From: Octopus sinensis
Taxonomy: Eukaryota
Direction: 5' to 3'
Assembly (NCBI RefSeq): GCF_006345805.1
Contig: NC_043002.1
Coordinates: 88,660,001-88,724,000, forward strand
DNA length: 64,000 bases
Each line of letters starts with the position of its first letter. The stretch's first letter is position 1. A program made the position numbers and the translations under genes. Positions 61,675 to 64,000 of this stretch are shown here, in pieces. A model generated the notes under the pieces. That model made no database searches and had not been told where the DNA came from. It saw only the letters and a program-made list of their open reading frames with translations.

Positions 61675-62990
61675 AAACCACCACCATCATCATCATCATC
61701 ATCATCATCATCATAATCATCATCATCATCAGTGCTGTCGTCATCCTCCTCCTTTTCTTCCTCTTTCTCCTTTTCCTCCTTCTCCTTCTCATTCTTCTCA
61801 TCCTCCTCCTCCTGCTCTTCTTCCTTCTCCTTCTTGTCATTCTCCTCCTCGTCCTCCTTTTCCTCTTCTTCCTCCTGTTCTTCTTCCTTGTTTCTTGTCT
61901 TTCTCCTTCTTATCTTTCTCCTTCTCCTCCTCCTCCTTCTCCTCTTCTGCCTCATCATCATCATCATTCGTGTCACCATCATCATCATCATTATCATCAC
62001 TATTATCATCATCATCATCATCATCAGTGTCTTCATCATCATCATCATCAGTGTCATCGTCATCATCCTCATCATCATCACCACCATCATCATAAGTGTC
62101 ACTCGTCCTCCTTATCCTCCTCCTTCTCCTACTCATTCTTCTCATCCTCCTCCTCCTGCTCTTCTTCCTTCTCCTTCTTGTCATTCTCCTCCTCATCCTC
62201 CTTTTCCTCTTCTTCCTCCTGTTCTTCTTCCTTGTTTCTCGTCCTCCTTCTTATCTTTCTCCTTCTCCTCCTCCTTCTGCCTCCTCATCATCATCATTCG
62301 TGTCACCATCAACAGCATCATTATCATCACTATTATCATCATCAGTGTCTTCATCATCATCATCATCAGTGTCATCGTCATCATCCTCATCATCATCACC
62401 ACCATCATCATAAGTGTCACTTGTCCTCCTTATCCTCCTCCTTCTCCTTCTCATTCTTCTCATCCTCCTCCTCCTGCTCTTCTTCCTTCTCCTTCTTGTC
62501 ATTCTCCTCCTCATCCTCCTTTTCCTCTTCTTCCTCCTGTTCTTCCTTGTTTCTCGTCCTCCTTCTTATCTTTCTCCTTCTCCTCCTCCTTCTGCCTCCT
62601 CATCATCATCATTCGTGTCACCATCAACAGCATCATTATCATCACTATTATCATCATCATCATCATCATCAGTGTCTTCATCATCATCATAATCATTGTC
62701 ATCGTCGTCATTCTCATCATCATCACCACCATCATCGTTAGTGTCACTCGTCCTCCTTATCCTCCTCCTTCTTATCTTTCTCCTTCTCCTTCTTCTCCAC
62801 TTCTTCCTCCTCATCATCATCATTAGTGTCACCATCATCATCATCATCACCATTGTCATCATCATCATCAGTGTCATCATCATCATCATCATCATCATCA
62901 CCATCATCATCATGTGTTATTGTCATCCTCATCATCATCACCATTGTCATTGTCACCATCATGGTTGTCATCATCTTAATCCTTATTTTC
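61675..62990. repeat. Trinucleotide-phase minisatellite, about 320-bp higher-order unit, about 4 copies
   Basis: GTGTCACT(C/T)GTCCTCCTTATCC at 62096, 62414 and 62741. Confidence 0.85.
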
Positions 62991-63249
62991 ATCATTGTCA
63001 AGACTACTTAAAGATGCAGACTGGCTGACAGTATTGACAAACCATTTCTGTACATTATTGTTTGTGTGTTTTAATGTATGTTTTCTGAAATTCATTATAA
63101 GTACTTAAGTTCGTTATACTTTCAGGAAGTTCATTCCATACCCTACAGTATAATTTTATGCTAATGATTTTTCTAGTTTTTTTTTTCCAATTCCACTTTT
63201 ATTTTATTATTTTATTTTCACTTCCATTTCGGCATTTTCTGGCTGACAC

Positions 63250-63400
63250 CATTTACTCTTTTGCTTGTTTCAATCATTTGACTGTGGCCTTGCTGGAGCA
63301 CTGCATTAAAGAGGTTTTTTAATCAAACAAATCAACCCTAGGACTTATCCTTTCTAAGCCTAGTACTTATTGTATCGTTCTCTTTTGCTGAACCGCTATG
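63250..63400 (-). mobile_element. SINE family A, 3' module
   Basis: Family consensus. Confidence 0.75.
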
Positions 63401-64000
63401 TGTATGTGTGTGTGTATGTATACATGTATGAGTATATATCCTTATGCGTTAAATGTATACATTTTTTTCTGTCACTTGTATTTTTATAATAATTTTCTTC
63501 TTCATATATTCGTTTTTTGTTCCTACTTTTTCCTGATTGTCTCCCCTACCCCGGGCTAGTTTTTTGAGTAAGGTAACTATCTTGAATACACCAACCGTTT
63601 TTTTTCCTTGTTAAGTTCTCTTTAGCTTTTTCTCTGCATGTATGTACATTTTTACTTAAATATTGTAACTTTTTTTCAAACAGTCTTGCCTATAACTTTT
63701 TAGCCTCATGTAAAAAATATATATATATTTCGTTTTTCAATATTAATATGTTTATGTATAATTCTCGATGGTTTTTTTTTCTACTAGTCCACCCGTTACA
63801 TTATAATCTACTATACACACATGGCCCTGTTTATTATACTTAGTCTCAATCTGTTACCACTTTTTAAAACGTATCCGTTAGATTTTTATTCTTATTTTTA
63901 TGTTATAGTCTACTGCACATATAGACGTGCATACACATTGATATGCCTGTCTTTTTTCTCTTTCATCTCTCTTACTATTATTATTACTGTTATTTTTTCC

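Overview
Eukaryotic, AT-rich, almost entirely repetitive DNA. The SINE motifs, RTE/Penelope remnants and very high microsatellite load suggest an octopus (coleoid cephalopod) intron or intergenic region; the species is inferred, not shown. I found no intact gene, and almost all ORFs in the supplied track are microsatellite translations. Recurring SINE families are labelled A-F. A: tRNA-like head, CCTTGGGCAAGT motif, (TA/TG)n linker, second module, (GTAAAAGA)n tail. B: head GAGCTGGCAGAA, body GCCTTTCATCCTTTCGGGGTCGATAAA. C: GGAAGGGCATCCAGC body, (GAT)n tail. D: tRNA-like head, CTTGAGCAAGACAC. E: ends AGGGCTGACCTGGGGCTAAACAAC. F: tRNA-like head, AGCTCCACGAGGCT. Also present are remnants of Penelope-like, RTE and RLE-type retrotransposons, mariner/Tc1 deletion derivatives and several MITEs. 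The main result is a set of hammerhead-ribozyme motifs in four unrelated elements, all with self-complementary stem III: a tandem repeat with a 474-nt monomer (48535-49455, retrozyme or pseudo-LTR tandem), both outer ends of a 1.67-kb palindrome (19505-21170), a structured 350-bp element (7370-7720), and a Penelope-like terminus (8669-8714) in a three-level nested insertion. A 508-bp TRIM with a tRNA-Trp PBS and a Merlin-like MITE carrying TTAGGG repeats are also notable. Boundaries of decayed repeats are approximate, and all alignments and folds were done by eye.
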